A stretch of 64,000 bases of DNA from the human T2T-CHM13v2.0 reference genome, Homo sapiens, in assembly GCA_009914755.4 (NCBI GenBank), contig CP086569.2, positions 7,424,001-7,488,000 of the forward strand. Direction: 5' to 3'. Within the stretch, counting starts at the first letter, position 1. Every line of letters begins with the position of its first letter. The notes under the pieces are model-generated. The model ran no database searches, was not told the DNA's origin, and worked only from the letters and a program-made list of their open reading frames with translations. Positions 63,553 through 64,000 of the stretch are shown in pieces. The translations under genes and the position numbers were made by a program.

Positions 63553-64000
63553 TAATGGAGGTCCCAGTGAGAAATTAACTCCACTGGGTGAGAGCCGGTC
63601 TCACTCTGGGCTCCCCCGGAAGGACGGCTGGCTTGGATGGGGGGCGCCACCTGAGGAAATAATTTTTAAGGTCCCAGAAGAGTAACTGCCTTCCGGAGGA
63701 GAGCGGATCGACCACCGTGTCATTGCCCTAAAATTCAACATCTGAGTCCTCAGCTTCTGACCCCGGGGTCAGGTAAGTCAGATTTGACTTCGTTTCTGGT
63801 AAGAGGGGAGTGGCCCTGATGAGGGCGTCCCTCTTTTGACTCAGCCTGTTACTCTAGGACACTAGTGGGTTGAGCCTTGGTTTTCTGGTAGGTGCTTTTG
63901 TATCTTGGTTTGGGTAGGAAGTGGTCCTGACAAGGACCCTCCACTGACTTAGCTCAGGGCCCAGGAGGCGGGAGCTAAGCCTTGGTTTCCGGAAGACCGG
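63553..64000 (+). other. Retroviral-type 5' leader: putative primer-binding site region and major splice donor. CpG-enriched
   Basis: TGGAGGTCCCAGTGAG at 63556-63571 sits 3 nt after the LTR terminal CA, in PBS position. Consensus donor ggggtCAG|GTAAGTcag at 63768-63780. Semi-repeated leader motifs gccttggttttctgg / gccttggtttccgg. Higher CpG density than anywhere else in the window. Confidence 0.45.

Overview
This window is primate (human-type) nuclear genomic DNA, not a prokaryotic locus. It is packed with Alu SINEs (about 18 copies, some nested), MIR and L1 fragments, microsatellites, one hAT-like DNA transposon and an LTR/provirus 5' end. I see no Shine-Dalgarno/operon organisation. Almost every ORF in the supplied six-frame track is a chance ORF inside these repeats. 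Large-scale layout: (i) 1-35.5 kb is ordinary Alu-rich intergenic/intronic DNA with two short candidate exons, one on the minus strand around 8.5 kb and one on the plus strand around 19.6 kb. (ii) About 35.6-58.9 kb is a roughly 23-kb tandem array whose basic unit is a degenerate 66-70 bp monomer with two conserved cores, GAGTCACATCACCTAGGTG and ATATGTCACAAT. I recognise this as beta-satellite-like (BSR/Sau3A 68-bp family). The array is further organised into four diverged higher-order blocks of about 5-6.4 kb. (iii) 59-64 kb holds an Alu, unique AT-rich DNA and an LTR-like unit with TATA and AATAAA, followed by a retroviral-type leader with a consensus splice donor that runs off the window end. 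I found no novel defence-type system. The most unusual feature is the old, non-homogenised beta-satellite-like macro-array with higher-order periodicity. All coordinates are approximate (by eye, about +/-5 bp). No identity percentages were computed.
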